Assembly (NCBI GenBank): GCA_951406725.2
Contig: OX597839.1
Span: forward strand, 12,958,001 to 13,022,000
Direction of reading: 5' to 3'
Source: Octopus vulgaris
Lineage: Eukaryota
DNA: 64,000 nt
The position numbers were made by a program, and so were the translations under genes. Below are positions 1 through 12,589 of the stretch, piece by piece (within the stretch, counting starts at the first letter, position 1; each line of letters opens with the position of its first letter). The notes under the pieces were generated by a model. The model was not told the origin of the DNA, did not search any database, and saw only the letters and a program-made list of their open reading frames with translations.

Positions 1-213
1 ATGTTTGTGTGTCTGTGTTTGTCCCCCCACCCCCTCAACATCGCTTGACAACCGATGCTGGTGTGTTTACGTCCCCGTAACTTAGTGGTTCGGCCAAAGA
101 GACTGATAGAATAAGCACTAGGCTTACAAAGAATAAATCCCGGTGTTGAGTTGCTCGATCGACTAAAGGTGGTGCTCCAGCATGGCCACAGTCAAATGAC
201 TGAAACAAGTAAA
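1..213 (+). mobile_element. SINE family A, 3' half
   Basis: Matches the 3' half of the full copy at 37779-38199 (cttgacaaccgatgctggtgtg...gtcaaatgactgaaacaagtaaaa). Confidence 0.85.
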
Positions 214-949
214 AGGCTATGTATGTATGTATGTGTGTATGCATGCATGGATAGATGGATGGATGGATGGATATTCATCTTCTACCTAACCATCTTTTAT
301 ATACCATCCATCCCTTTACTGGAGAATATGATCAACCAGATCAAGCATGTGAAATAGAAAGCATTTTTCTACAACCTCGCAGATTTCAAGTATTTCAAAA
401 TTAAGGTGTATAAAACTGTTGTGTGTGTGTGTATAAATGTATGTATGTGTACGTATGTATGTGTGTATATGTGTGTGTCTTTGTGCCTGTGTTTGTCCTC
501 CAGCATTGCTTGACACCCGGTGTTGGTATGTTTATGGCCCCATGACTTAGTGGTTTGACAAAAAGAGACTGATAGAATAAGTACAAGGTTTAAAATTAAA
601 AAAAAGTACTGGAGCTGATTTGTTTGACTAAAATTCTTCAAGGTGCACACACACACACACACACATTTCAATATAGCCTTGGTGTCTTCTTTTTAATATA
701 ATATATATTAAGCCATAAGCTGGCAGAATTGTTAGCATGCCAGGTAAAATGCTTAGCAATATTTTGTCAGTCTTAATGTCTTGAGTTCAAATGCTACAGG
801 GCTCAGCTTTGCCCTTCATCCTTTCAAGGTTGATAAAATGAGTACTAGTCGAGCACAGGGGTCATTCTAATCAACTTACCCCTTGCCTTCAAATTGTTGG
901 CCTTGTGCCAAAATTTGAAATCTATATATATGAGGAGGAGCCCCCCCCC

Positions 950-1660
950 CCCCCTTCGGTCATGAATGACCATGGTATTGCACCTAGAAAGTTACCTTCC
1001 TATTTCTTTACTACCCACAAGAGGTTAAACACAGAGAGGACAAACAAGGACAGACAAATGGATTAAGTTAATTATATCGACCCCAAAAGGACAAAAGGCA
1101 AAGTCGACCTCGGCGGAATTTGAACTCAGAACGTAGCGGCAGACAAAATACCGATTTCTTTACTACCCACAAGGGGTTAAACACAGAGATGACAAACAAG
1201 GACAGACAAATGGATTAAGTCAATTATATCGACCCCAGTGTGTAACTGGTACTTATTTAATCGACCCCAAAAGGATGAAAGGCAAAGTTGACCTTGGAGG
1301 AATTTGAACTCAGAACGTAGCGGCAGATGAAATACGGCTACGCGTTTCGCCCGGCGTGCTAACGTTTCTGCCAGCTCGCTGAGGCACAAGTCTGGGCAAG
1401 GTTGTTTATGGAAGACCAGCAGTCACTCATGCATACCGGCCTCCCCTCTCCATGCCACCGATGTTATCCAAGGGACAGGCAAAGGCCGCTACAGCTTGGC
1501 ACAAGTGATGTCGCAGCTCGTTTCTACAGCTGAATGAACTGGAATAACGTGAAATAAAGTGTCTTGCACAAGAACACAACACACAACCCGATTTGGAAAT
1601 TGAACTCACTACCTCATGGTTGTAAGCATGACACTCTCACCACTGAGCCATGCGCCTTCA
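950..1660 (-). mobile_element. tRNA-derived SINE family E, interrupted by a SINE-B dimer
   Basis: Minus strand starts gtgaaggcgcatggctcagtgg (A box) with a B-box-like gagttcaatttcc. Colinear with 31695-32024 and the partial copy 1668-1812; split at ttaccttcc|gaggcacaag. Confidence 0.85.
1001..1380 (-). mobile_element. SINE family B, partial tandem dimer nested in SINE-E
   Basis: gcgagctggcagaaacgttagc head, gagttcaaattcc B box and ...gtaaagaaata tail, plus a second partial unit. Same family as 9689-10100 and 22589-23005. Confidence 0.85.
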
Positions 1661-2274
1661 CATATAGAACCCCTTCAGTCACGAATGACCATGGGATTGC
1701 ACCTAGAAAGTTACCTTCCGAGGCACAAGTCTGGGCAAGGTTGTTTATGGAAGGCCAGCAGTTGCCTATGCATACTAGCCTCCCCTCTCCACACCACTGA
1801 TGTTATCCAAAGGATAATATATATTTATATATAAACACTTGATGGTATTGGTAACTATTGAGATGATTGTTCATGGTAAGGTTAGTGGCAGTGGTGGTTG
1901 TGGTGATTATGAGTCATCAAGGTAGCCTACTGCTTGGCTTTGGAATGCTGTCAAACAAGGTGTGAAAATAACGATCTATTTATGTGTGTTTATATGTAAT
2001 TGTGTGCTTGTATTTATTTGTTTGCTTCTATTTGTCTGACATATGTAGGTGTGTATGTGTGCACATGTGTTTACATGTGTGTTTATATGTTTATTATTGA
2101 TGTATGCTGGTATGGCTTAGTGTTTAAGAAGTTTATTTTGCAATCCCAAGGACATGGGTTTGATCCTACCACATAGATTCGTGTGTCGGTGAAGGATATA
2201 CTTTTTACCACAAACTCAGATCAGTGCTACTCTAGCTTGCAGTCTCCATAGTCTATGCTGAGAAATGACCTGAT

Positions 2275-2420
2275 CTAGATTAGGTTTAGGATTAGTGTTT
2301 AGGTTTGGGATTCGGGTTTAGATTTAGGATTAGGGTTTGAGGTTAAGGTTTGTGGTCAAGGTTTGGGATAGAGTTAAGGTTAGGGGATTAGGGGGTTAGG
2401 GTCTAGTATTTAGGGTTAAA
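2275..2420 (+). repeat. Degenerate TTAGGG-like tract
   Basis: Run of ttagg/ttaggg/tttagg/ttaagg variants with the G-rich strand on +. Confidence 0.6.
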
Positions 2421-2814
2421 GGTAGACTGCATGTTCAAGTTTAAGTGAAATTGGGTTGAGGGTAACTGTGTGGAAGTGCACTGGATGGATGGTATTCACC
2501 TCGTCTTCTTACATATCATGTCATTTTGATTCAGCATCAGGGTCAGGGTCTAGGGTTAGAGTTAGATTTCACACTAAAGTGTAAATGGTTAGGTAGACCA
2601 CATGCTAAAGGAACACCCACAAGATAATCCAAGGTTTGTGAGAGAAATTGGGTTGAGGAAAACTGAATGAAAATGTATTGGGTGGATGGTACTGACCCAG
2701 CTTGTCACACTGATTCAGCATGAGAAATGCATGAACCCTTTAGCCATATCCAGCCAAAATATTCTGCCTGTTTTATGTTCAAGCCAACCAGATCTGGCCC
2801 CTCACACATACCCT

Positions 2815-3188
2815 ACGTAAAAAGCACCATTTGAGCGTGATCGTTACCAGTGTTGCTTTACTGGCACTTGTACCAGTGGTACGTGAAAAAACATTCGAGT
2901 GAGGTCATTGCCAATGCTGCTAAACTGGCTCCTGTGCAGGTGGCATGTAAAAAACACCATTTGAGCGTGGTCGTTGCCAGTACCACCTGACTGGCCCTCG
3001 TGCCGGTGGCACATAAAAGCACCCACTACAATCTCGGAGTGGTTGGCGTTAGGAAGGGCATCCAGCAGTAGAAACTCTGCCAGATCAGATTGGAGCCTGG
3101 TGCAGCCATCTGGTTCACCAGTCCTCAGTCAAATCATCCAACCCATGCTAGCATGGAAAGCGGACATTAAACGATGATGATGATGATG
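2815..3188 (+). mobile_element. RTE LINE 3' UTR fragment with (GAT)n tail
   Basis: Same 3' end as the RT-bearing copy at 49214-50420 (aagcacccactac...ccaacccatgctagcatgg...aaacgatgatgat). Other copies at about 11020-11422 (+), 12040-12270 (-), 28620-28780 (+), 30222-30640 (-), 32943-33280 (-), 33615-33806 (+), 36135-36445 (-) and 62385-62545 (+). Confidence 0.85.
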
Positions 3189-3571
3189 TTGTTTTTAATT
3201 AATCATGCATTATTTCACTGCTTTGAGAGTTCAATAATTTATTTTTAAAATGACTTTGTAGGATAGGTGTGAGATGTTGGATCAGGCCAATTTTAATATG
3301 AAACAGGCAGAATATTTTGGCTTGATACAGCTAGTTTAAGTGCTAGAGGGTTGGGAATGTGTGACTGCATATTCCTGTATTAATCAGAAGGCAACAAATC
3401 TACTTGTCTTTAAGTGTGTTTGTGTATGTGTGTGTTTGTATGTGTGTGTGTGTGTGTGTGTGTGAGTGTGTATGTGAGCATGTGTTTGTGGGGGGGGGGT
3501 GAATAGAGAAGGCAACATCACCATCTTTGTGTGAATCTGTATGTAAAGATTCATTGGCAGTATAATATGCA

Positions 3572-3955
3572 GTGGGTGTGTGGTAAGAAGCTTGCTTCCC
3601 AACCTCATGGTTCTGGGTTCAGTCCCTCTGCATGGCACCTTTGGCAAGTGTCTTCTACTATAGCGACAGGCTGACCAAAGACTTGTGAGTGGATAATGGT
3701 AGATGGAAACTGAAAGAAGCCTGTTGTGTATGTATATCTGTGTGTGTGTGTGTGTCTGAGCGTCTGTGTTTGTTCCCTCACCATTGCTTGACAACCGATG
3801 TTGGTGTGTTTACATTTCCATAACTTAGCGCTTCAGCAAAAGGATCTGATATAATTAAGTACTAGTCTTACAAGGAATAAGTCTTTAGGTTGATTTGTTC
3901 AACTAGAGCAATGCTCCTGTATGGTGAGAGTCAAATGACTGAAACAAGGAAAAGT
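3572..3955 (+). mobile_element. SINE family A, diverged near-full copy
   Basis: Colinear with 37779-38199; lies tail-to-tail with the next copy. Confidence 0.8.
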
Positions 3956-3967
3956 GTATATACATAC

Positions 3968-4351
3968 TCTCTTTACTCTCTCTTTTACTTGTTTCAGTCA
4001 TTTGACTGTGGCCATGCTGGAGCACCGCCTTTAATCGAGCAACTCAACCCCAGGACTTATTCTTTGTAAGCCCAGTACTTATTCTATCGGTCTCTTTTGC
4101 CAAATCGCTAAGTGACGGGACATAAAGACACCAGCATCGGTTGTCAAGCAATGCTAGGGGGACAAACACAGACACACAAACACACACATATGCAAATACA
4201 TATATATATGTTTCCGTCTACCAAATCCACTCACAAGGCTTTGGTCGGCCCGAGGCTATAGTAGAAGACACTTGCCCAAGGTGCCATGCAGTGGGACTGA
4301 ACCCGGAACCATGTGGTTGGTAAACAAGCTACTTACTACACAGCCACTCCT
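3968..4351 (-). mobile_element. SINE family A
   Basis: Reverse complement of the family A consensus, with internal microsatellite. Confidence 0.85.
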
Positions 4352-4619
4352 ATTTTTTAAATTTTATCAAGTTTCAGCTCACGAGTTGTGGCCATGCTGG
4401 GGCACTGCCATTTGGTGTTGCTAGATGATTTTACTTCACGTATGCTTTTTAGCAATTACCATTTGGTGCATGAGATAGTTCAATGCAGCTGCCCTCATCT
4501 GCACCTCCTGCTGTGAAGTCGGTTATATATAAGTATATAAAAGTATACCAGACCAGCTTATCCTGTCTTTCATAAGTTGCTTCCTTAAGCATTCACAATA
4601 ATTTTTCCATCGTCTTGGC

Positions 4620-5040
4620 TTAACAGCCCTCATCCTTTGTTTTTACTGTTTTCTTCTCATTGTTCTGTCTTTTACTGTCTTGTTCTTGTTACCACTTTCA
4701 CCCTCCGCAAAAAATCCCAAATTTTATTTAATTTGCTTTGCAGGAAGGACTGTTTCAATGGAGTCGCATCTTGTCCTTACCTTCGAAATGCGGAATAGAT
4801 GAAACAAGGACAACTGAAGAAGGGGAATATTCCTTGTGTTGTATATCTTGTACTCTGTTTTTTCTCGTTGTTTGCAAAAAAAGTACGTTTCTATGTTTTT
4901 GTTTTTATGTTTTCATTTCTCATTGTGTTCAACACTTTTTTTGATGTCCCGTAACCATATATGCATGTATATATACATATATATGTAGGTATGTACATAT
5001 ATGTATGTATATATGCATATATTTATGTATTTTTTTAATT
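4620..5040 (+). mobile_element. TA-associated non-coding dispersed element
   Basis: Homologous to 48750-49008 (-). Contains cgaaa...ctgaagaaggggaa and ends in a TA-rich tract. Confidence 0.6.
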
Positions 5041-5043
5041 ATT

Positions 5044-5096
<53 letters not shown>

Positions 5097-5526
5097 TTTT
5101 ATGTATCAATAGACAGATAAATAGATACTTAGATACACATGTATATATGTGTGTGTGTATATACATATGAATGTATATGCAAAAATGCACATGCAACCAT
5201 ACACATTTGCACATATATGCACACACACACACAAATATATACATAATAGCATAATCATAGTTTTCATCTATCAAGTTCACTCACAAGAAATACACATATG
5301 TCAGTACTCATACATACATCTATTGATACATACATACATTGACACACACACACACACTCACGCATATAAATATATTTTTTTTCAAATAAAATTAGTGTAC
5401 ATTTCTACACAAAAGAGATGACCCCTAACAGGACACCATATATGCTAGAACGAATTGTCAAAACCCAAACTACAGTTAAGAGCAATTTCGAAGGGGATGA
5501 AAAATATAAACATTTTCAATAGTTAC

Positions 5527-5575
<49 letters not shown>

Positions 5576-5916
5576 AAAAAATACAAACTGGGACAAGAAC
5601 GCAAAACATTTTGATGACGACACAAAAAACACGGATGGGACATTCGGAGCCTTCAATCTTCAGTCAAGAACCGGATCATCCACGCAATTTCGGCTGATTA
5701 ATCATGAGATTGCTCCAATCTGGCCAGCCCCAAGGAAAAACTAAGCTAAGCGCATTAGATTCCTTGGAAGAAAGCTTTGAATGTATTCAAAACAAGGACA
5801 GAAAAACGAACGATGTTACACGAATATGAATACAAAAATAATACATAAAAACAATAATAATAATATTAATAACAATAACAGGACATTACATTTATATATA
5901 TATAGAGAGAGAGAGA

Positions 5917-5969
<53 letters not shown>

Positions 5970-6039
5970 GCATACGTGTATGCATACATATGAGGAACAA
6001 TCAATTAATGAAAGAGATCAGATAATATTCACTTTGAAA

Positions 6040-6263
6040 TTTAACCCTTTAGTGGGCCATATGTGGCCCAAATAGTTTACATGTTTCATGTTCAAATGGA
6101 CTAAATTCAGTCCCTCACTCCAATCATATACTATGTCATTCTTAAAACTAAACAATCACATCATTGAAAGCTAGAAGCAGCGAGATAATGCATGATTAAT
6201 TCAAACCATTTTGAATAAATAAGCACTATGCTTGACAGAACAATCTGAATGCTAAAAGGTTAA
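6040..6263 (+). mobile_element. TTAA-flanked piggyBac-like MITE, family 1
   Basis: ttaacccttttag...gctaaaaggttaa termini. Fragments also at 2733-2815 (+), 3190-3352 (-), 15965-16133 (-) and 19011-19180 (+). Confidence 0.7.
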
Positions 6264-6273
6264 TTCCATAAAT

Positions 6274-6744
6274 AGGCCCAGGCATGACTGTGTGGTAAGA
6301 AGCTTGCTTCTTACAGCGAGCTGGCAGAAACATTAGCACACCGGGTGACATGCTTAGCCATATTTCGTCTGCTGTTATGTTCTGAGTTCAAATTCCGCCG
6401 AGGTCGACTTTGCCTTTCATCCTTTCGGAGTCGATAAATTAAGTACCAGTTACACACTGGGGTTGATGTAATCGACTTAATCCTTTTGTCTGTCCTTGTG
6501 TGTCCCCTCTTGTGGGCAATAAAGAAATAAGAAGCTTGCTTCCCAACCACATGGTCTCAGGTTTGTCTGTCCTTGTGTGTCCCCCTTGTGGGCAATAAAG
6601 AAATAAGAAGCTTGCTGCCCAACCGCATGGTTTCAGGTTCAGTCCCACTGTGTAGCACCTTGGGCAAGTGTCTTCCACTATAATATTGGGTTGACCAAAG
6701 CCTTGTGGGTGGATTTGCGAGATCGACACTGAAAGAAACTCATC

Positions 6745-6745
<1 letters not shown>
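6274..6745 (+). mobile_element. SINE-A 5' half with SINE-B inserted at 6311-6527
   Basis: TSD taagaagcttgcttc flanks the B copy; a further ~76-bp local duplication follows. Confidence 0.85.
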
Positions 6746-6784
<39 letters not shown>

Positions 6785-7208
6785 CCTATCTCTGTGTGTG
6801 TGTGTGTGTGTGTATAAGCATACTTATATATATATTATGTGTATATATAACTACATACAAGAGAAATCATACCCAAGCTAATATTGGAGTCCCATGCAGA
6901 GCTACTGGATCCAAGCAGGTCACTGGATGCTGTCAAACTATCCAACCCATGCCAGCATGGAAAATGAATGTTAAATGCTGCTACTGCTGATGATGATATA
7001 TATGTACATATATATATATATATATACATACATATATACATATGTGTGTGTGTATGCATATATATATATATATACATAAATATATGCACACACACACATA
7101 CATATACATATATATATGGGGATAGTTTACGAAAAAAACAAAAGACGAAGACAGGTGATGTACAAAACAAATAGATGTATTAGTATAATGCACAGGAATA
7201 GAAAAAGT

Positions 7209-7244
7209 CTTTTACTTTTCGAGCCTACGCTCTTCTACAGAAAG
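7209..7244 (-). ncRNA. Hammerhead-like motif (A6U, +1A) in TA-flanked element 7117-7290
   Basis: cuuu CUGUAGA A GAGC guag GCUC GAAA AG U A aaag. Sister copy at 30706-30741. Confidence 0.45.
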
Positions 7245-7285
7245 GGACACAGAAAAAACAATGAGAGAAACAAGGAGAGAAAAAA

Positions 7286-7331
<46 letters not shown>

Positions 7332-7515
7332 ATGTGTATGCAAAACACACATACATAAGCAGGTATACATAAAGACATATATGTATAACACATAAGCATA
7401 ACACATAAGTACATATAGCTCTGTATACAACCAGACATATGAGCACACCGATACACACTTATATACATATATATACATTCATCAGCAAAGTTGACTATAT
7501 TGAGATTAGTAGGTC

Positions 7516-7903
7516 AAAAGAATATCGGTGGAAATTAATATTAAAACGGTCATCAAGTTAAAACACAGCTGGCCTGATATTGTAGTGTGGACGCAAATAT
7601 AAAAAAAAAATTTGCTCTGTTTTGGAAATCAGATGCTTTCTGAACACCAGTGTGGTTGGAAATGAGAAAGAAAGGGTTTATGAACGATTGATAAGGAGTT
7701 TGAAAATCCAGTACTCAAGGTACATTTTTCAGCTTTATGCCTATCATTTATTGGAGCGACAGGTATGAACCAACCTGGAGCCTAGTATGGTCGAACTTGG
7801 GTTCTTGGTGAGAGAAGGCAACATTTTAATTCGTATGATGTAAATGATCTTCATATCTAAGACAATAAAAACATGTGAGACCTTCTTAAGATTTAAAGGC
7901 TGA
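7516..7903 (+). pseudogene. Frameshifted C-terminal restriction-like endonuclease (RLE) domain of an R4/NeSL/CRE-type non-LTR retrotransposon
   Basis: Hand translation across frameshifts: KEYRW / IKTVIKLKHSWPDIVVW / CSVLEIRC / EKERVYERLIRSLKIQY / IGATG / ELGF / TIKTCETFLRFKG*. This fits the R-P-D...E...K..Y RLE pattern. Confidence 0.7.
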
Positions 7904-8092
7904 TGAACAACACAAGATGCTTTTCATAACAACCTTGCTATCAAGCAGGTGGCTGGTCAAAATCAACTCTAAGAAAACACACACACACACACACACATAT
8001 ACATAGATATATAAATATACATACATACGTGTGTGTATATATATGTATTTGTGTGCGTGTGTGTGTGTATACATACATGTATACTCATATAT

Positions 8093-8148
<56 letters not shown>

Positions 8149-8907
8149 ATATATATATATATATACACACACATGTATGTGTGTGTTGTGAACACCCTAC
8201 CTTGAGGTGCTCTTATGGTAGGGATGTTGATAATACATGCATACACACATACACACATACATACATACATGTGCGAGTGAGTGTATATATGTGTGTATAT
8301 ATATATATTTACACACACACACAAACATACATACACACGCGCACACACACATACATATAGATGCGTGCTTGTGCACGTACACACACCACTATATAAGACA
8401 AAAAAGCTGTACCTTACCTGTCAACTAAGTAGACATTCTCAAAATATTTTCTTAAGAAACAAAACAATGACAAGATGGAAACTTATATCTTTTTATTTTC
8501 ATTTATAATTATCTTTTCTCCTTCTTTTTTTTCTTCCTTCTCAAGCTCCACCCATTCCATTCCCCCCTCTACCCCTCCCCTTCTAAGCACAGATAGAGGA
8601 TTGAAGCACAATGGGCGGTGGTTGTGGGGGGAAGTGGTGGTGGGGAAGAAGCAGTAGTAATAAAACAAGGTGTAATATAAAGAAAGTGTGGGTGTTATTA
8701 TAAAGGTGGGAATTTAGAGAAGTGGCAATTTGTTGATGTTGTTTAGTACACCCCACCTTTAATTCCTGTTAGACCAGACCTAGATGAAAGTAAATGTATT
8801 CACAACCAGCTATGACCTTCCCAAATTCTATTTAAATCTTGTGTATCTGGAAATATTTCATCAGATGTTCTTTCTTTTCAATTCAAGATAATATGATGTG
8901 ATCTGGG

Positions 8908-9130
8908 AGAAACGTTAGCAAGCCGGGGCGAAATGTTGGCATAGTCGTATTTCGTCTGCCGTTACGTTCTGTGTTCAAATTCCGCCGAGGTCGACTTTGC
9001 CTTTCATCCTTTCGGGGTCGATAAATTAAGTACCAGTTAGACACTGGGGTCAATGTAATTGACCTAATCCATATGTCTGTCCTTGTTTGTCCTCTCTGTG
9101 TTTAGCTCCTTGTGGGTAGTAAAGAAATAG
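8908..9130 (+). mobile_element. SINE family B
   Basis: aacgttagc...ttcaaattccgccgaggtcgactttgcctttcatcctttcggggtcgataaa...aaagaaatag. Confidence 0.85.
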
Positions 9131-9206
9131 GTATTTTTGTTAACCTTGAGCAGGCCTACTGCTACGCAATGCTGTCCATCCCCCCCCCTGCCCAGTCAGA
9201 CTTCAA

Positions 9207-9575
9207 AAAATGTATTGCACGAAGATTTTTGTAAACTGCATTTACTAAATCTGAGGGTGCACCATTGAATAGTAGAAAGGGCAGTGCTGTCCAGTGCACC
9301 CCCTTAGTAACTGGCGTGTTAGTCACACTTAAGAAATGTATTGCACGAAGATTTTTGTAAACTGCATTTTCTAAATCTGAGGGTGCACCATTGAATAGTA
9401 GAAAGGGCAGTGCTGTCCAGTGCACCCCCTTAGCAACTGGCGTGTTAGTCACACTTAAGAAATGTATTGCACGAAGATTTTTGTAAACTGCATTTTCTAA
9501 ATCTGAGGGTGCACCATTGAATAATGAGGAGGTTGTGCCATTCAGTGCACCCCCACTTCCTTAGTGACTGGCATG
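9207..9575. repeat. 126-bp tandem repeat, ~2.9 copies
   Basis: tgtattgcacgaag recurs at 9211, 9337 and 9463; the first two units are nearly identical. Confidence 0.95.
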
Positions 9576-9645
9576 GCTCTGAGTGATCCCATAAAGACTC
9601 CTTTGTTTATTTTAAATCTATACTATAGGTGCAAACATGGCATTG

Positions 9646-10522
9646 GTGCAGGTGTGGCTGTGTGGTAAGAAGCTTGCTTAGAAAGAAAGGCGGCGAGCTG
9701 GCAGAAACGTTAGCATGCCGGTCAAAATGCTTAGCGGTATTTCATCTGCTGCTACGTTCTGAGTTCAAATTCCGCCAAGGTCAACTTTGCCTTTCATCCT
9801 TTCGGGGGTCGATTAAATAAGTACCAGTTATGCACTGGGGTCGATATAATTGACTTAATCCGTTTGTCCTTGTTTATCCCTTCTGTGTTTAGCTCCTTGT
9901 GGGTAGTAAAGAAATAGGTATTTCATCTGCTGCTACGTTATGAGTTCAAATTCGACTGAGGTCAACTTTGCCTTTCATCCTCTTGAGGTCAATTAAATAA
10001 GTACCAGTTACGCACTGGGGTTGATATAATCGACTTAATCCGTTTGTCTGTCCTTGTTTATCCCCTCTGTGTATAGCCCCTTGTGGGCAGTAAAGAAATA
10101 AGGAGCTTGCTTCCCAACCACATGGTTCCAGAATCAGTCTGACTGCATGGAACCTTGTGTAAGGATCTTCCACTATAGCCTCAGGCTGACCAAAGCCCTG
10201 TGAGTGGATTTGGTGGTTGGAAACTGAAAGAAGCCTGTTGTATATATACATATGTAAACACACACACAATCACACAAACACATGTGTGTGTGTAAATATC
10301 TATGTGTGTGTGTCTTTGTGTCTGTGTTTGCCTCCAGCCAATGCTTAGCAACTGATGTTGGTGTGTTTACACCCCTGTAACTTAGCGGTTTGGCAAAAGA
10401 GACCAGTACAATAAGTACCAGGATTAAAATAAAAATAAGTACTGGGGTCAATCCATTAAACTAAAAGTTCTTCAAGGCATTGCCCCAGCCTGGCCGCAGC
10501 CTAATGAACGAAACAAGTAAAA
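9646..10522 (+). mobile_element. SINE-A with a SINE-B dimer inserted at 9680-10098
   Basis: TSD taagaagcttgctt / taaggagcttgctt; same insertion point as at 6311. Confidence 0.85.
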
Positions 10523-11992
10523 AATGTGTGTGTAAGTGTGAGTATGACTCTGTGTGTGTGTGTGACTGCGTGTGTGTGTGACTGTGTGTGTGTGTGTGTG
10601 TGTGTGTTTGTAAACATGCTTTCTTGTAGAGATCAGCCAAACCATTGTTTTTTTCCAGCACCTACATTCCTGAACACTGAATTAGATCTGTCCAGTTATC
10701 TTATCAGTTAGTATGTACATATATCATTTTAAATTCTGTAATAAAAACTTCATGAGAATGGATGATATATGTGTTGCAAAAAAGAAATTTGACATTGGCA
10801 TTGTGAAGAGATATGTAATCTTACCTTTCTGGGAAAACAATAAACTCTGTTTGAGCATGTGCATGTGTATGGATACGTGAATATATGCTCCCTTTCTCTC
10901 TTCAATTTAGAATAAATTTTGACCAGCCACTTTCTTGGTAGTAAGGACGTGAAGGAAAGTATCTTGCTTTAAGCATCATCCTTTAAATCTTAAGAAGGTC
11001 ATGCAGATTTTTATAGTCCCAGATGACTGGCATCCATGCTAGTAAGGTGCTAAGAGCACCATCTGAGTGTGATTGTTGCCAGAGCAGCTAACTGGCCTCT
11101 GTGCCGGTTGCACGTAAAAGGCACCATTCGAGCGTGATCATTACCAGCATCGCCTTACTGGCACCTGTGCCGGTGGCATGTGTAAAATGATTCGAGCGAG
11201 GTCGTTGCCAGTACCGCCTGACTGGCCCCAGTGCCGGAGGCACGTAAAAGCACCCACTACACTCTCGGAGTGGTTGGTGTCAGGAAGGGTATCCAGCTGT
11301 GGAAACTCTGCCAGATCAAGATTGAAGCCTGGTGCAGCCATCTGGTTCGCCAGCCCTCTGTCAAATCATCCAATCTATGCTAGCATGGAAAGCGGACGTT
11401 AAACGATGATGATGATGATGATATTGTGATCATTTATAGCATATGAATTAAGGATGTAAGTATGTATGTATGTATTCATGTATGTGTATTTGTATGTATG
11501 TATGCATGCATATGTATATGTATGTATGTATGTGTGCATGTATGCATGTATGTATGTCTCTTCTATTTTTTAATTATAAATCTTCCACGAGGCTCCGGCA
11601 GGGGGTGGTGGCAAACCCTGCTGTACTCTTTCACCACAACTTCCTCTCATTCTTTCTTCCTGTTTCTGTTGTACCTGTATTTTAAAGGGCCAGCTTTGTC
11701 ACACTCTGTGTCACGCTGAATCTCCACAAGAACTCCGTTAAGGGTACATGTGTCTGTGGAGTGCTCAGCCTCTTGCATGTTAATTTAATGGATTAACTAG
11801 AACCCTTGTCATCATAACCGACGGAGTGTCAACAATGTATGTATGTATGTGTGTATACATGCATTCAAAAATAAAAGTATGTTTGACTTTTACAAATACA
11901 ATGGTAAATATGTTAATATGTGTGAAAAATACATGAATTATTATCAATGAGGCTGAAAATTAATGCAATAATTGTTGTCTTGTGTGTGTGTG

Positions 11993-12023
<31 letters not shown>

Positions 12024-12589
12024 AAATATATATATATTATCATCATCATCATTTAATGTCAGTTTTCCTTGTAAGCATGGGTTGGATAGTTTGACAGGAA
12101 CCCACCAGTTTAAGGGCTACTCAAGTTCCATGACTGTCCTGGCTTGGTTTCTATGGCTGGAAGCTCTTCCTAATGCTAACCACTTTACAGAGTGTACTGG
12201 ATGCTTTAACATGGCACTGGCACGGGTGCCTTCTGCGTTGTACTAGCACAGGTGCTTTTTATGTGGCAAGGCTTGGATCACTCAGCTGAAGAAGGATGTA
12301 TGGGCCATACCTGTATGCAAAGACAACCACAGTTTTTCTTAATGTTCTACACATATAAAGGCATATAGCCTAATGGCTTGAACATTGTGCTTACAATCGC
12401 AAGATCTTGGTTTTGTTTCCCAGATCAGCCATGTGCTGTGTTCACATTCAATCCATGCAGCTACAATGGGTAACACAGCAACAGACTAGCATTACATTCA
12501 GGGAGACTGTTGGCCTGCCTGTCTTGTCAGTGAGGTAGCATCATTTGAAAGCATTGTGACTGTATAACAACATCTGACGGTCTGTTCTA

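Noticed and set aside
3572-4351. Large inverted repeat
   Set aside because: Two SINE-A copies of different divergence lying tail-to-tail, not a single element.
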